Source: an uncultured Ignavibacteria bacterium
Lineage (GTDB): Bacteria > Zixibacteria > MSB-5A5 > CAIYYT01
NCBI GenBank assembly: GCA_964520555.1
Contig: CAZFNN010000013.1
Coordinates: 41,233 to 105,232, forward strand
Reading direction: 5' to 3'
DNA: 64,000 bases
Shown here: piece after piece, positions 44,402 to 53,171 of the stretch
Layout of the letters: the number at the start of each line of letters is the position of its first letter
Position numbering within the stretch: position 1 is the stretch's first letter
Notes under the pieces: generated by a model
Seen by the model: only the letters and a program-made list of their open reading frames with translations
Database searches by the model: none
What the model was told of the DNA's origin: nothing
Position numbers and translations under genes: made by a program

Positions 44402-45949
44402 ATGCGCTCGGCCGGCATCGTCTCCGCCGCCACCCTCATTTCCCGGGTCCTGGGACTGGTACGCGAACAGGTTACGGCTTATTTGTTTGGCGCCGGCGAT
44501 CTGGTCGACGCCTTTAAGTCCGCTTTTCGCATCCCTAATCTCCTGCGTGACATGTTCGCCGAGGGCGCCCTTTCCGCCGGCTTCGTCCCGCTCTTCACCC
44601 AAAAACTCCGCTCCGGCAATCGCGAGGAGGCGGTCCGCTTCGCCGGTCTGGTCTTCGGCGCCCTGACCGCCATCGTCTCGGCGGTCGTGATCTTCATGGT
44701 CGCCGTCACGCCGCAGATCGCGACCGTCATCGCCGAGGGCTTCGAAAGCGTTCCCGGCAAGCTGGATGCCACCATCGCCATGGCGCGCGTCATGATGCCG
44801 TTCCTGCTGTTGGTCTCGCTCGCCGCCATGCTGATGGGCGTCCTCAATTCCCTCGGCAAATTCTTTGTCCCCGCGCTGGCGCCGGCGCTGATGAACGTCG
44901 GCATGATCGTCTGTTCGATCGTTCTCTCACCCTTCGTTGACCCGCCCGTTCTGAGTCTGGCGATCGGCGTCCTCGTCGGCGGCGCCATGCAATTCTTCAT
45001 TCAATACTTGGCGCTCAAAAAGATCGGCTTTCGTTTCCCGCTGATCTTCGACCTGGCTAATCCCGACTTATACCGACTCCTGCTTTTGATACTGCCGACC
45101 GCTGTCGGTTTGGCCGCCACGCAGATCAATGTCGCCGTCATCACCCGCATCGCCTCCGGTGATTCCGGCGCCGTCTCGTATCTCGACTACGCCTTCCGTC
45201 TGCTGCATCTGCCGCTCGGGCTCTTCGCCATCGCCATCGCGACCGTGGCCTTGCCGCGGCTGTCCGGCGAAGCCGCCGCCGGCAACGACGCCGAATTCGG
45301 CCGCATCCATTCCAGCGCCCTGCGTCTCGGACTCTTCCTCAGCCTGCCCGGCACGGTTCTGATGATCCTGCTCGCGCACGAAATCTGCGCCGCCGTTTAC
45401 CAGTACGGTGCCTTCACCGCCGACGATGCCGTCAACACCGGCCGCGCGCTGGCAATGTACGGCATCGGCCTGCCGTTCTTCACGTTGGTGCGCATCTCCG
45501 TTCCGGCTTTCTACGCCCTGCGCGACACCCGCACACCGGCGCTGGTTTCGATCCTGAGCGTTGCCATCAATATCATCCTCTGCTTCCAACTGCAGGGTCG
45601 TCTCGGCTTCGCCGGATTGGCACTGGCAGCTTCGCTGGCCGGCCTCGCCAATTTTGCGCTGCTATCCTACTTGCTGCGCCGCCGCACCGGCCTGGCGCAT
45701 GACGCCGCCTTCTACGGCGCGCTGCTCAAGATCGCCGCTGCTGCCGCCGCAATGGGCGCCGCCGTTTGGGCAACGCGTGAATTCGTCCTTCGGGAACTGG
45801 TCAAAAGTGATTTACACCGACTGCTGCAAGTTGTCATCCTCTGTGCGGTGGCGGCGGCGGTGTTCGTTCTGATGTGCAAAATTTTAAGACTCGAGGAGTG
45901 GACGCGCCTGTGGGGCGCGGTTAGTCGCAAGCTGTCTCGTCGCAGTTAA
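44402..45949 (+). CDS. murJ: lipid II flippase MurJ
   Basis: Motifs SAATLISRVLGLVREQV..LFGAG..DAF..AFRIPNLLR..FAEGALS..FVP. About 14 TM helices. Start is ATG 44402; the tracked TTG 44369 would abut the rpsT -35 box. Confidence 0.9.
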   Translation: MRSAGIVSAATLISRVLGLVREQVTAYLFGAGDLVDAFKSAFRIPNLLRDMFAEGALSAGFVPLFTQKLRSGNREEAVRFAGLVFGALTAIVSAVVIFMVAVTPQIATVIAEGFESVPGKLDATIAMARVMMPFLLLVSLAAMLMGVLNSLGKFFVPALAPALMNVGMIVCSIVLSPFVDPPVLSLAIGVLVGGAMQFFIQYLALKKIGFRFPLIFDLANPDLYRLLLLILPTAVGLAATQINVAVITRIASGDSGAVSYLDYAFRLLHLPLGLFAIAIATVALPRLSGEAAAGNDAEFGRIHSSALRLGLFLSLPGTVLMILLAHEICAAVYQYGAFTADDAVNTGRALAMYGIGLPFFTLVRISVPAFYALRDTRTPALVSILSVAINIILCFQLQGRLGFAGLALAASLAGLANFALLSYLLRRRTGLAHDAAFYGALLKIAAAAAAMGAAVWATREFVLRELVKSDLHRLLQVVILCAVAAAVFVLMCKILRLEEWTRLWGAVSRKLSRRS

Positions 45950-45961
45950 AGGAGGCCCAAT

Positions 45962-48154
45962 ATGCGCGCGCCCGCGCTCTATGCTTTGCTGCTCTTTGTG
46001 GTCGGCATCCTGCTGGCCGCTGCCGTCGAAATCCCGTCACTGGCATATCTCGGGGTGGCGCTGCTCTCCACCGGCGCGGCTCTGGTCTATACTCTTGTCG
46101 AACGCTTGATTCTCAGCCGCATCGCGCTCGCCGTCGCGCTGATTGCCTGCGGCGCTTTTCTGACTCGTCAGCAACTGAGCGATCTTCCCTCCAATCACAT
46201 CTCGCACTTCACCGAGCTGGGTGGCAAGGCGCGTATCATCGGCGTCGTCGCCGACGAACCCGATATTCGCCCGACCCGCACCTACCTCGTGATTGCCGCT
46301 GAGTCCCTCAGCTATCGCGATCGAACGATCCCGGTCTCCGGTCGTCTGCGCGTGCGAATCAACGAACCGACCACCGCGTTCAATTATAAGGATCGCGTCG
46401 CTTTTGATGGTTTTGTCGGCGCCCCCAGTTCAGCGCGCAATCCCGGCGCCTTCGATTACCGTCGCTATCTGGGCAGCCGCGGCATTCACGCCGTCTGCTA
46501 TCTCACCGCTGACGATCGCGTCGAATTGCTCGCATCCGGTGCCGGCGAACCTTTTATCCGCTCGATTGTCGTGCCGGTGCGCGACTACATCATTCGCACC
46601 TACGAACGCTACCTGAGCGCCGAAAACTCCGCGCTCTTGCGTGGCTTCCTGATCGGCGATGTTCGCTTCATTCCCGAGTCCGTCCACAACCGCTTCAGGG
46701 ACACCGGCACCCTGCACGTGCTGGCAGCTTCCGGTGCCAACGTCGGCTACGTTCTCGCCACGATCTTCCTGATCCTGCGTCCGCTGCGCCTGCGCCGACC
46801 CTATCGCTACTTGCCCGCGCTCGTCGGCGTGGTCATCTTTTCTTTCCTCGCTTTCAATCAACCCTCCGTCGTCCGCGCATCCGTGATGGCGATCGTCGCC
46901 TTGGTCGGCATGATGGCGCACCGCGACAACAATTGGCTCAACTCGGTCTGCGTTGCCGGGCTGATTATCCTCGCCTTTCGCCCGCTGTACCTATTTGATC
47001 TGGGTACGCAATTGTCCTTCGCCGCCGCCATCGCGCTGATTCTCTTCATGCCCGTCTGCGAGCCGTGGCTGCCGCAAGGGAAGTCGTGGCCCGTCAAACT
47101 CGCCCGCTATGTAATGATCCTCTTTCTCGGCAGCATCATCGCCCAGCTTGGTGTTGTGCCGATTCTGCTCCACAATTTCCATACTGTGCCGCTGGTGAGC
47201 TTCCTGGCCAACCTCGTGATCGTCCCGCTTGTCGGTATTGTCACCATGCTGGGCATCATTCTCATCTTTCTCTCGCCGATTGCACTCGCCGCGTCCGCTG
47301 TCGGCGCCGCCCTTAAGCATGCCATGGACTTCCTTGGCTCGGCGCTGGCAGTCTTCGACAACCTGCCGATCCCGCCCCTGCGGCTCGGCGCGCCGTCACT
47401 GGCGCTGATCTTTGCCTATTACTTGACTTTGCTGCTGCTGCTGGCGCTCCTTAAGAAAAGCAAATCCGCCGTTGCCTTCGTCTGGCTGCTTCTGATCGCC
47501 CTCAACTTTGGCCTCTGGAGTGCCGCGATCGGTGGGGAAGCCGCCCAGTCACGGGTCACCCTCCTCGACACTGCCAAATTACCGACCGTCGTCGTCGAGA
47601 CTCCCGGCCACGCTCCAACCGTGATCAACGCCGGCACGGTCGAACGCGGTTACGATGCCGGCGAAGCGATCGTCCTGCCGTACCTGCGCTATCGCGGAAT
47701 CACCAAATTGGAGCACATCTTTCTCACGGGCGTCGAATACCACGGACGGGAAGCCATGACCTCCGTCCTCAGCGGTCTGTATCAGCAGCCTCCGCTTCCG
47801 GCCATCGAGACCCGCGACCCCATCATCCGCCTCGAATTCGACTCGCTGCGAATTCTTCTCGTTACTGCCAATCTCCCTGTGCAACAGTTGCACAAACTCG
47901 TTGATCGGGTCGATGTTCTCGGCTTGGACTGGCGGCTTCTGAACAATCCGGCCACCGGCGATTTCGTCCGCCGTCTGCAGCCGCCCGTCGTCGTAATCCT
48001 CAACTATTTCAGCCGTTATGGCGGTGAGGCCGCGCTCACTTCGTTCCGGCTCGCCCACCCGCACTGTCGTGTCTGGAGTACCCTCGAATCCGGCGCCCTT
48101 CAATTGATTGTCGAACGCGGCAGAGTCCGGGTATTGCCGATGGCCAATACTTAG
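45962..48154 (+). CDS. comEC: DNA internalization competence protein ComEC/Rec2 (degenerate C-terminal beta-lactamase-like domain)
   Basis: 730 aa. N-terminal DUF4131-like region. Competence domain motif FRDTGTLHVLAASGANVGYV. The C-terminal soluble domain lacks HxHxDH (it reads FLTGVEYHGRE). Confidence 0.85.
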   Translation: MRAPALYALLLFVVGILLAAAVEIPSLAYLGVALLSTGAALVYTLVERLILSRIALAVALIACGAFLTRQQLSDLPSNHISHFTELGGKARIIGVVADEPDIRPTRTYLVIAAESLSYRDRTIPVSGRLRVRINEPTTAFNYKDRVAFDGFVGAPSSARNPGAFDYRRYLGSRGIHAVCYLTADDRVELLASGAGEPFIRSIVVPVRDYIIRTYERYLSAENSALLRGFLIGDVRFIPESVHNRFRDTGTLHVLAASGANVGYVLATIFLILRPLRLRRPYRYLPALVGVVIFSFLAFNQPSVVRASVMAIVALVGMMAHRDNNWLNSVCVAGLIILAFRPLYLFDLGTQLSFAAAIALILFMPVCEPWLPQGKSWPVKLARYVMILFLGSIIAQLGVVPILLHNFHTVPLVSFLANLVIVPLVGIVTMLGIILIFLSPIALAASAVGAALKHAMDFLGSALAVFDNLPIPPLRLGAPSLALIFAYYLTLLLLLALLKKSKSAVAFVWLLLIALNFGLWSAAIGGEAAQSRVTLLDTAKLPTVVVETPGHAPTVINAGTVERGYDAGEAIVLPYLRYRGITKLEHIFLTGVEYHGREAMTSVLSGLYQQPPLPAIETRDPIIRLEFDSLRILLVTANLPVQQLHKLVDRVDVLGLDWRLLNNPATGDFVRRLQPPVVVILNYFSRYGGEAALTSFRLAHPHCRVWSTLESGALQLIVERGRVRVLPMANT

Positions 48155-48312
48155 CCCGACAAAACACTTACCCCGCTTCAACATCACATTCGGGAATGGC
48201 AATTCACCCTTAAGAATCCCGACCCACCTCCCGATAATGAATATGAAGTAGACCCTGCGGCGAATTGTGTCCGCAGCGAGTTAATTTTTGAACAGTCTAA
48301 CAAGCTGAGATC

Positions 48313-49503
48313 ATGAGTTTTACCGGCAATCTCCAAACGGTGGCGTTTCCCGATTTGCTCCAGTTGTTCTCTGCGGGCAAGAAGACCGGCACTGTAACCA
48401 TTATTCGCGGCAATATCCGCAAAGAGATTGTCTTCAAGGAAGGCAACATCATCAGCGCCAGCTCGCAGGATGCGGAAGAGGACTACCTCGGCCAGATCGT
48501 GCTCAAGAGCGGCCGCATCACCAAGACCGACCTGCAGCGTGCCGTCTACATGCACAAGACGTCGGGCAAGAAGATCGGCCAAGTCCTGGTTGAGATGAAA
48601 CTGCTGAACCGCGAAGAACTCGGCCTCCTTCTCAAACAGCAGGTGGAAGAGATCATCTACAACCTCTTCAGTTGGAAAGAGGGCGAGTTCATTTTCAAGG
48701 AAGGCCAGTTGCCCGCTTCGCGCGAAGGCCTGGTCGAACTCAACACCATGAACATCATCATGGAAGGCACGCGCCGTATCGACGAGTGGGTCGAAATCCA
48801 GAAAGTGCTGCCCTCCGATCATCAGATTCTGCGCGTCGCCGGCACACCGCAGATTAAGTCCGACGAGGTCACCATCTCGCTCGACGAATTCCGCATCCTG
48901 ACGCTGATCGACGGCACCCGCACCGTGCAGGACATCCTTTCGCAGTCGCCGCTCGGCGATTTCGCCACCTCGCGCGCCGTCTACAAGCTCCTGCTCGGCA
49001 AATTGGTGGAAGTCGCCGGCGCCAAGGAAGCCGAAGTGGCCGACCCGCGCGAAGAGGATTCCCTCTTCTGGCTATTGTTGCGCGTCTACGCCGCCTCGTT
49101 CAGCACCGTCCAGCGTACGCTCGAAAAGAAACTCGGCACTGAGAACGAGAAGGTGCAGGTGACCCTCGCCAATTTCCGCAAGGGCATCTGGCAGTACTTC
49201 AACGGTGTCAGCCACGCCGATTTCCCGACGAATTTCGAAGCCCTCAAACGCGCGCTGGCCAAGACTCCGAAAGAAACCCGCACGCTGAAACTGATCAGCG
49301 GCTTGAACCAGATTCTCGAAGAACAGCTCGCCTACGTCTACAACTACCTCGGCATCGAAATCCGCAAGCAGGTGGCCGCCGATATCAAGAAGGAAGTCGC
49401 CTTGCCGCTGGCCGAACGCCGCGAAATCGACAAGAAGTACGACGTCGGCAACGAGCTGTACCGGATCCTGAAGGAAGTGAAAGTGACCAAGGAGGTCCTG
49501 TGA
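48313..49503 (+). CDS. PATAN/DUF4388-domain protein
   Basis: 396 aa. N-terminus MSFTGNLQTVAFPDLLQLFSAGKKTGTVTI...KEIVFKEGNIISA...YLGQIVL..GRIT is the DUF4388 signature. A second helical half follows. Confidence 0.7.
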   Translation: MSFTGNLQTVAFPDLLQLFSAGKKTGTVTIIRGNIRKEIVFKEGNIISASSQDAEEDYLGQIVLKSGRITKTDLQRAVYMHKTSGKKIGQVLVEMKLLNREELGLLLKQQVEEIIYNLFSWKEGEFIFKEGQLPASREGLVELNTMNIIMEGTRRIDEWVEIQKVLPSDHQILRVAGTPQIKSDEVTISLDEFRILTLIDGTRTVQDILSQSPLGDFATSRAVYKLLLGKLVEVAGAKEAEVADPREEDSLFWLLLRVYAASFSTVQRTLEKKLGTENEKVQVTLANFRKGIWQYFNGVSHADFPTNFEALKRALAKTPKETRTLKLISGLNQILEEQLAYVYNYLGIEIRKQVAADIKKEVALPLAERREIDKKYDVGNELYRILKEVKVTKEVL

Positions 49504-49877
49504 TGCGCCTGAACCACACGGCCGGGCTGAGCCTGCTCGCCCTCGTGATCTTGCCCTTCACCGGCGCGGCGGCGCAGACCGCTCCCGGCGAGTCCTCGGC
49601 GGTTGCCGTGGCGGTGGATATTCTGCTGCTGATCGCCGGGTTGCTCTGCTTCTCGATGTGCATGAAGATTTTCGCCCTGCTGAAAGGCGGGGAATTGTCG
49701 CCCGGCTGGCAGCTGCTGTCGGTCTCCTTCCTGATCTTCTCGATCGGCCAGGCCCTCAGCATCTCGCTCGAACTCGACTTCTTGTCGCTGCCCCAGGGCG
49801 CCGTCAGTGCACTGCAGGTGCTGGCCCTGTTTATGATCGTGATGGGCGTCGCCCGCATCAAGAAGAGTCTGACCTAA
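49503..49877 (+). CDS. small membrane protein (signal peptide plus 3 TM)
   Basis: The ATG overlaps the preceding TGA (TGATG), with AAGGAGG 8 nt upstream. About 124 aa. No family recognised. Confidence 0.5.
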   Translation: MRLNHTAGLSLLALVILPFTGAAAQTAPGESSAVAVAVDILLLIAGLLCFSMCMKIFALLKGGELSPGWQLLSVSFLIFSIGQALSISLELDFLSLPQGAVSALQVLALFMIVMGVARIKKSLT

Positions 49878-49898
49878 CCCCAATCCGTGAAGGTCTCT

Positions 49899-50765
49899 AT
49901 GATGGAATCAGCAAGTCTGGCAGAGCGGATCGAAAAGTGCGAGCGGATTCTCAAGGAGAATTCGAACTCGCAGGTCTTCGCCGCGCTCGCCGACGCTTAC
50001 CGGGCTAACGGCGATCTCGATCAGGCGTTCCGCGTCTGTCGGCAAGGCCTGCGCGTCCATCCGACTTATGGGCCCGGCCACCTGGTGATGGCCCGCATCA
50101 GCTTTGAACGCAAAATGTTCGACTGGGCCGAACAGGAACTCGCCGAAGCCGTCGCCATCGACGGCGAAACCCGCGCCACCTCGCAGCTGCGCGTCGAAAT
50201 CCAGATCGCCAAAGGCAACTTCGGCGAAGCGGAATTGGATATCAAGAAGCTCCGCGCCACCGGCACGAATCCGCTGATGATCCAGGACCTGCAACAGCGC
50301 CTGGAGAAAGCCAAGAAGGAACTGCGCCGCCGCCGCAACGAGCAGGCTCCCGCCGTCGGCTTTGCCGCCGCGACCTCCTCGCTGCCGCCCTCGCCGCCGA
50401 CCAAGGTGCAGGAACCGCCGCTGACCTTAAGCCAGATGATGGACTGCGTCAGCGACTTCCCCAACGTCACCAGCGTCGTCTGCGCCAACCATGACGGTAC
50501 CGCCGTCGATCACCGCGGCGCCCCGGCGCAGTCCCCCGGCGAAGTCGCCGCCTTCGGCATCGAAATGTGCCGCAATACGCAAACCGACGGCGCCCGGCAG
50601 GTGCTGGGCGAAGCTCAACAAATCGTCGTGGAGACTCAGGATGCCACCATCGTCATCGTGCGCCTCAGCCGGTACGATCTCGTCCTGATGTGTGATAAGG
50701 ATGTCAACCTGGGCTCGATGCGTCTCAAGCTGGATGAGATCATCGACCGCCTCCGGATTGAATAG
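49899..50765 (+). CDS. TPR-Roadblock/LC7 fusion protein
   Basis: The N-terminal approximately 140 aa are TPR-like (ALADAYRANGDLDQAFRVCRQGL). A Pro/Ala linker follows. The C-terminal approximately 110 aa are Roadblock-like (VTSVVCANHDGTAVDHRG...ATIVIVRLSRYDLVLMCDKDVNLG). The tracked ORF begins at GTG 49887. Confidence 0.6.
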   Translation: MMESASLAERIEKCERILKENSNSQVFAALADAYRANGDLDQAFRVCRQGLRVHPTYGPGHLVMARISFERKMFDWAEQELAEAVAIDGETRATSQLRVEIQIAKGNFGEAELDIKKLRATGTNPLMIQDLQQRLEKAKKELRRRRNEQAPAVGFAAATSSLPPSPPTKVQEPPLTLSQMMDCVSDFPNVTSVVCANHDGTAVDHRGAPAQSPGEVAAFGIEMCRNTQTDGARQVLGEAQQIVVETQDATIVIVRLSRYDLVLMCDKDVNLGSMRLKLDEIIDRLRIE

Positions 50766-50780
50766 AGTTGAGAGGATGCT

Positions 50781-51731
50781 ATGGCTTTGACGATCAGGGA
50801 TGTTCGGCACTTGGTTTTGTTCCTGTTGATTCTCGCGGCGCTGCCGATGCTGGTCTATCCCAATACCCTCGGCTTCGGGATCGGGTTGACCGGTTGGTCT
50901 TACGTCGCCGGCGAGTTGCTGTTCTTTCTGGCGGTCAGCATGATCTTCAATCGCGATACCTCGCTCACCCGCGGCGCTGCCGCCGCCGGCTTGATCTGGA
51001 TCGGCCGCGTCGCCCTCTCCGGCGTCTTCTGCCTCTTCCTGATCGGCATGGAGCGCGTGGCGCCGGCCGCCGCCTGGAGCGATGCGTATCTCGAATTCCC
51101 GCCGGCCGTCTACCTGTTTACACTCACCGCTCCGTTTGTCTTCAACTCGACCGTGAGGTCCATCATGGCTAAAAAACGCCGCGTCCGCAAGCACACCAGC
51201 GAACGCATCATCATCGACGGCGCCGCGCGCGCCACGACGATGACGACGCCGTCCGCGCCGGTGCCGCGCGATTATTCCGTCACCGCCGTGCCGCAACCGC
51301 GACCGACGGCGGAATTCCTCGAACGCACCTTCCAGCACGCCGTCCAGCACGTCGGCGAATACTCCGGCGTCCTCTGCGCCATGCTGATCGACGGGGAAGG
51401 CCTGCCGGTCGCCGGCTGGAGCCGCGGCCGCTACGACCAGGACATGTGGAGCGCGCTCGCGCGCAAAATCGTCGACGACGTCAACCGCACCTGCGCCCAG
51501 GGCGGCACCGTCCATCCCCAAACCCTCGAGTTCAAAACCGGCCAGGAGCGCTTCTTTCTTCAACGCGTCGCCGATATGTGGCTCCTCTCCATCGCCGACG
51601 CCGCCTCCGACGAACTCGAAAAAATCCGCGTGCACCAAGCCGTCGATATGGTGCTGCGCCACCTTCAGGATCGTTACAAAAATCTCTATATGAGCGAAGC
51701 AGGGAGAAGTTATGCGGGAAGTACTGTCTGA
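50781..51731 (+). CDS. membrane-anchored Roadblock/LC7-domain protein
   Basis: 316 aa. About 4 N-terminal TM helices, a basic linker (KKRRVRKH), then a C-terminal Roadblock-like domain (SGVLCAMLIDGEGLPVAG...RFFLQRVADMWLLSIADAASD). Confidence 0.55.
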   Translation: MALTIRDVRHLVLFLLILAALPMLVYPNTLGFGIGLTGWSYVAGELLFFLAVSMIFNRDTSLTRGAAAAGLIWIGRVALSGVFCLFLIGMERVAPAAAWSDAYLEFPPAVYLFTLTAPFVFNSTVRSIMAKKRRVRKHTSERIIIDGAARATTMTTPSAPVPRDYSVTAVPQPRPTAEFLERTFQHAVQHVGEYSGVLCAMLIDGEGLPVAGWSRGRYDQDMWSALARKIVDDVNRTCAQGGTVHPQTLEFKTGQERFFLQRVADMWLLSIADAASDELEKIRVHQAVDMVLRHLQDRYKNLYMSEAGRSYAGSTV

Positions 51732-52047
51732 ACTGAATAAGACCTCCGGGATCACCGGCAGCATGCTCGTCGGGCACGACGGCATCGTCATCGCCGCCGA
51801 TCTCAACAGCAAGTTCGACAACGAAACCATCGGCGCCCTGGCCGGGTCGATCAGTTCCACCGTGGCCAAGAGCCTCGAACGGCTCCAACAAACGCCGTTG
51901 AAACAACTGACCATTGAGGCGGATGAAGCCAAAATGTTCATCGCGGCCACCCCCGTCGGCTATCTCGTGGTGACCGCCGAACCGCGCGTCAACATCGGAC
52001 TCGTTCGTCTCGAAATCAAGAATGCGATCACGCAGATCAGTCTGTAA
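51712..52047 (+). CDS. stand-alone Roadblock/LC7 protein (MglB/MglC-like)
   Basis: 111 aa, overlapping the preceding gene by 20 nt. Motif run ITGSMLVGHDGIVIAADL...AKMFIAATPVGYLVVTAEPRVNIG. Confidence 0.7.
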   Translation: MREVLSELNKTSGITGSMLVGHDGIVIAADLNSKFDNETIGALAGSISSTVAKSLERLQQTPLKQLTIEADEAKMFIAATPVGYLVVTAEPRVNIGLVRLEIKNAITQISL

Positions 52048-52079
52048 GGCCACGGCAGGGAGACTCTAGGAGACTCTAA

Positions 52080-53156
52080 ATGGTATCAATCAACTACGCG
52101 AGCCGGGAAGTTAGCTGCAAGATTGTCTACTACGGCCCCGGCTTGTCGGGCAAGACGACCAACCTGCAATACGTCCACGCCAAGGTGCCGAAAAAAACCC
52201 GCGGCGATCTCATCAGTCTGGCCACCGATGCCGATCGTACGCTCTATTTCGACTTTCTCCCGATCAACATCGGCGCCATCAATGGCTTCGCCACCAAGTT
52301 CCAGCTCTATACCGTGCCGGGACAAGTCTTCTACAATGCGACCCGCAAGCTCGTGCTCCGCGGTGTCGACGGCGTCGTCTTCGTCGCCGATTCCCAGCGC
52401 TCCAAGAAAGAAGAAAACATCGAGTCGCTGAACAACCTCAAGGAAAACCTCGTCGAATACGGCTACGACCTCAACACCCTGCCGATCGTGCTCCAATATA
52501 ACAAGCGCGATCTGCCGGAGGTGATGACGGTGGCCGAACTGCAGGCCGATCTCAACTGGAACAACCTGCCGTTCTTCGAGGCCTCCGCCGTCAAAGGTGT
52601 CGGCGTCTTCGATACGCTGAAACTGATTACCAAGCTGGTGCTCAATAAAGCCAAGAAGGGCGATGACTCGTCCGCTGCCGGCGCCGATGAGGCCGAACCC
52701 GCGGCCGCTTATCCGGCCGGCCCGCAGTCGTCCGGCGCACCGCCACCGGCCACACCGGAGCCGGAATCGGAGTACGAGCGCGCTGCCGCAACAGCCGTCG
52801 CGGCCCCGGCGACCGAAACGGCGCCGCGCCGCGTTGAGGTGCAGGCGCCGCCCGACGAGGAAGAGTGGGCCATGGCGCGCCCGGCGGCAACCGCCGCTGC
52901 GGCGGTTGCGCCCAAGCCGCACAAGCCGACCATCGCGGAGATTGAATCGCATCTGCAACCGATCGGCAATGGCGACTTCAACGCTCTGAAAATGGATAAA
53001 CCCGCGGCCGTGAAAACTACCGCGGACGCGCCTGCGACCGACTACGCCGAAACCTTCGAGGTGCCCAAGGTCGTCGGCATGCAGCGCAGCACCCGCGTCA
53101 AAAAGAAAAAGAAAGTATTCTTCTTATTCCGCTGGTTCAGCCGGGATAAGGATTAG
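52080..53156 (+). CDS. mglA: MglA-type Ras-like small GTPase with approximately 165-aa C-terminal extension
   Basis: Residues 1-194 are nearly co-linear with Myxococcus MglA as I recall it: MVSINYASREVSCKIVYYGPGLSGKTTNLQY, DRTLYFDFLP, YTVPGQVFY, QYNKRDL. The extension is Ala/Pro/Glu-rich and ends RVKKKKKVFFLFRWFSRDKD. Confidence 0.9.
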   Translation: MVSINYASREVSCKIVYYGPGLSGKTTNLQYVHAKVPKKTRGDLISLATDADRTLYFDFLPINIGAINGFATKFQLYTVPGQVFYNATRKLVLRGVDGVVFVADSQRSKKEENIESLNNLKENLVEYGYDLNTLPIVLQYNKRDLPEVMTVAELQADLNWNNLPFFEASAVKGVGVFDTLKLITKLVLNKAKKGDDSSAAGADEAEPAAAYPAGPQSSGAPPPATPEPESEYERAAATAVAAPATETAPRRVEVQAPPDEEEWAMARPAATAAAAVAPKPHKPTIAEIESHLQPIGNGDFNALKMDKPAAVKTTADAPATDYAETFEVPKVVGMQRSTRVKKKKKVFFLFRWFSRDKD

Positions 53157-53171
53157 TCAGGAGGTCTGAAA

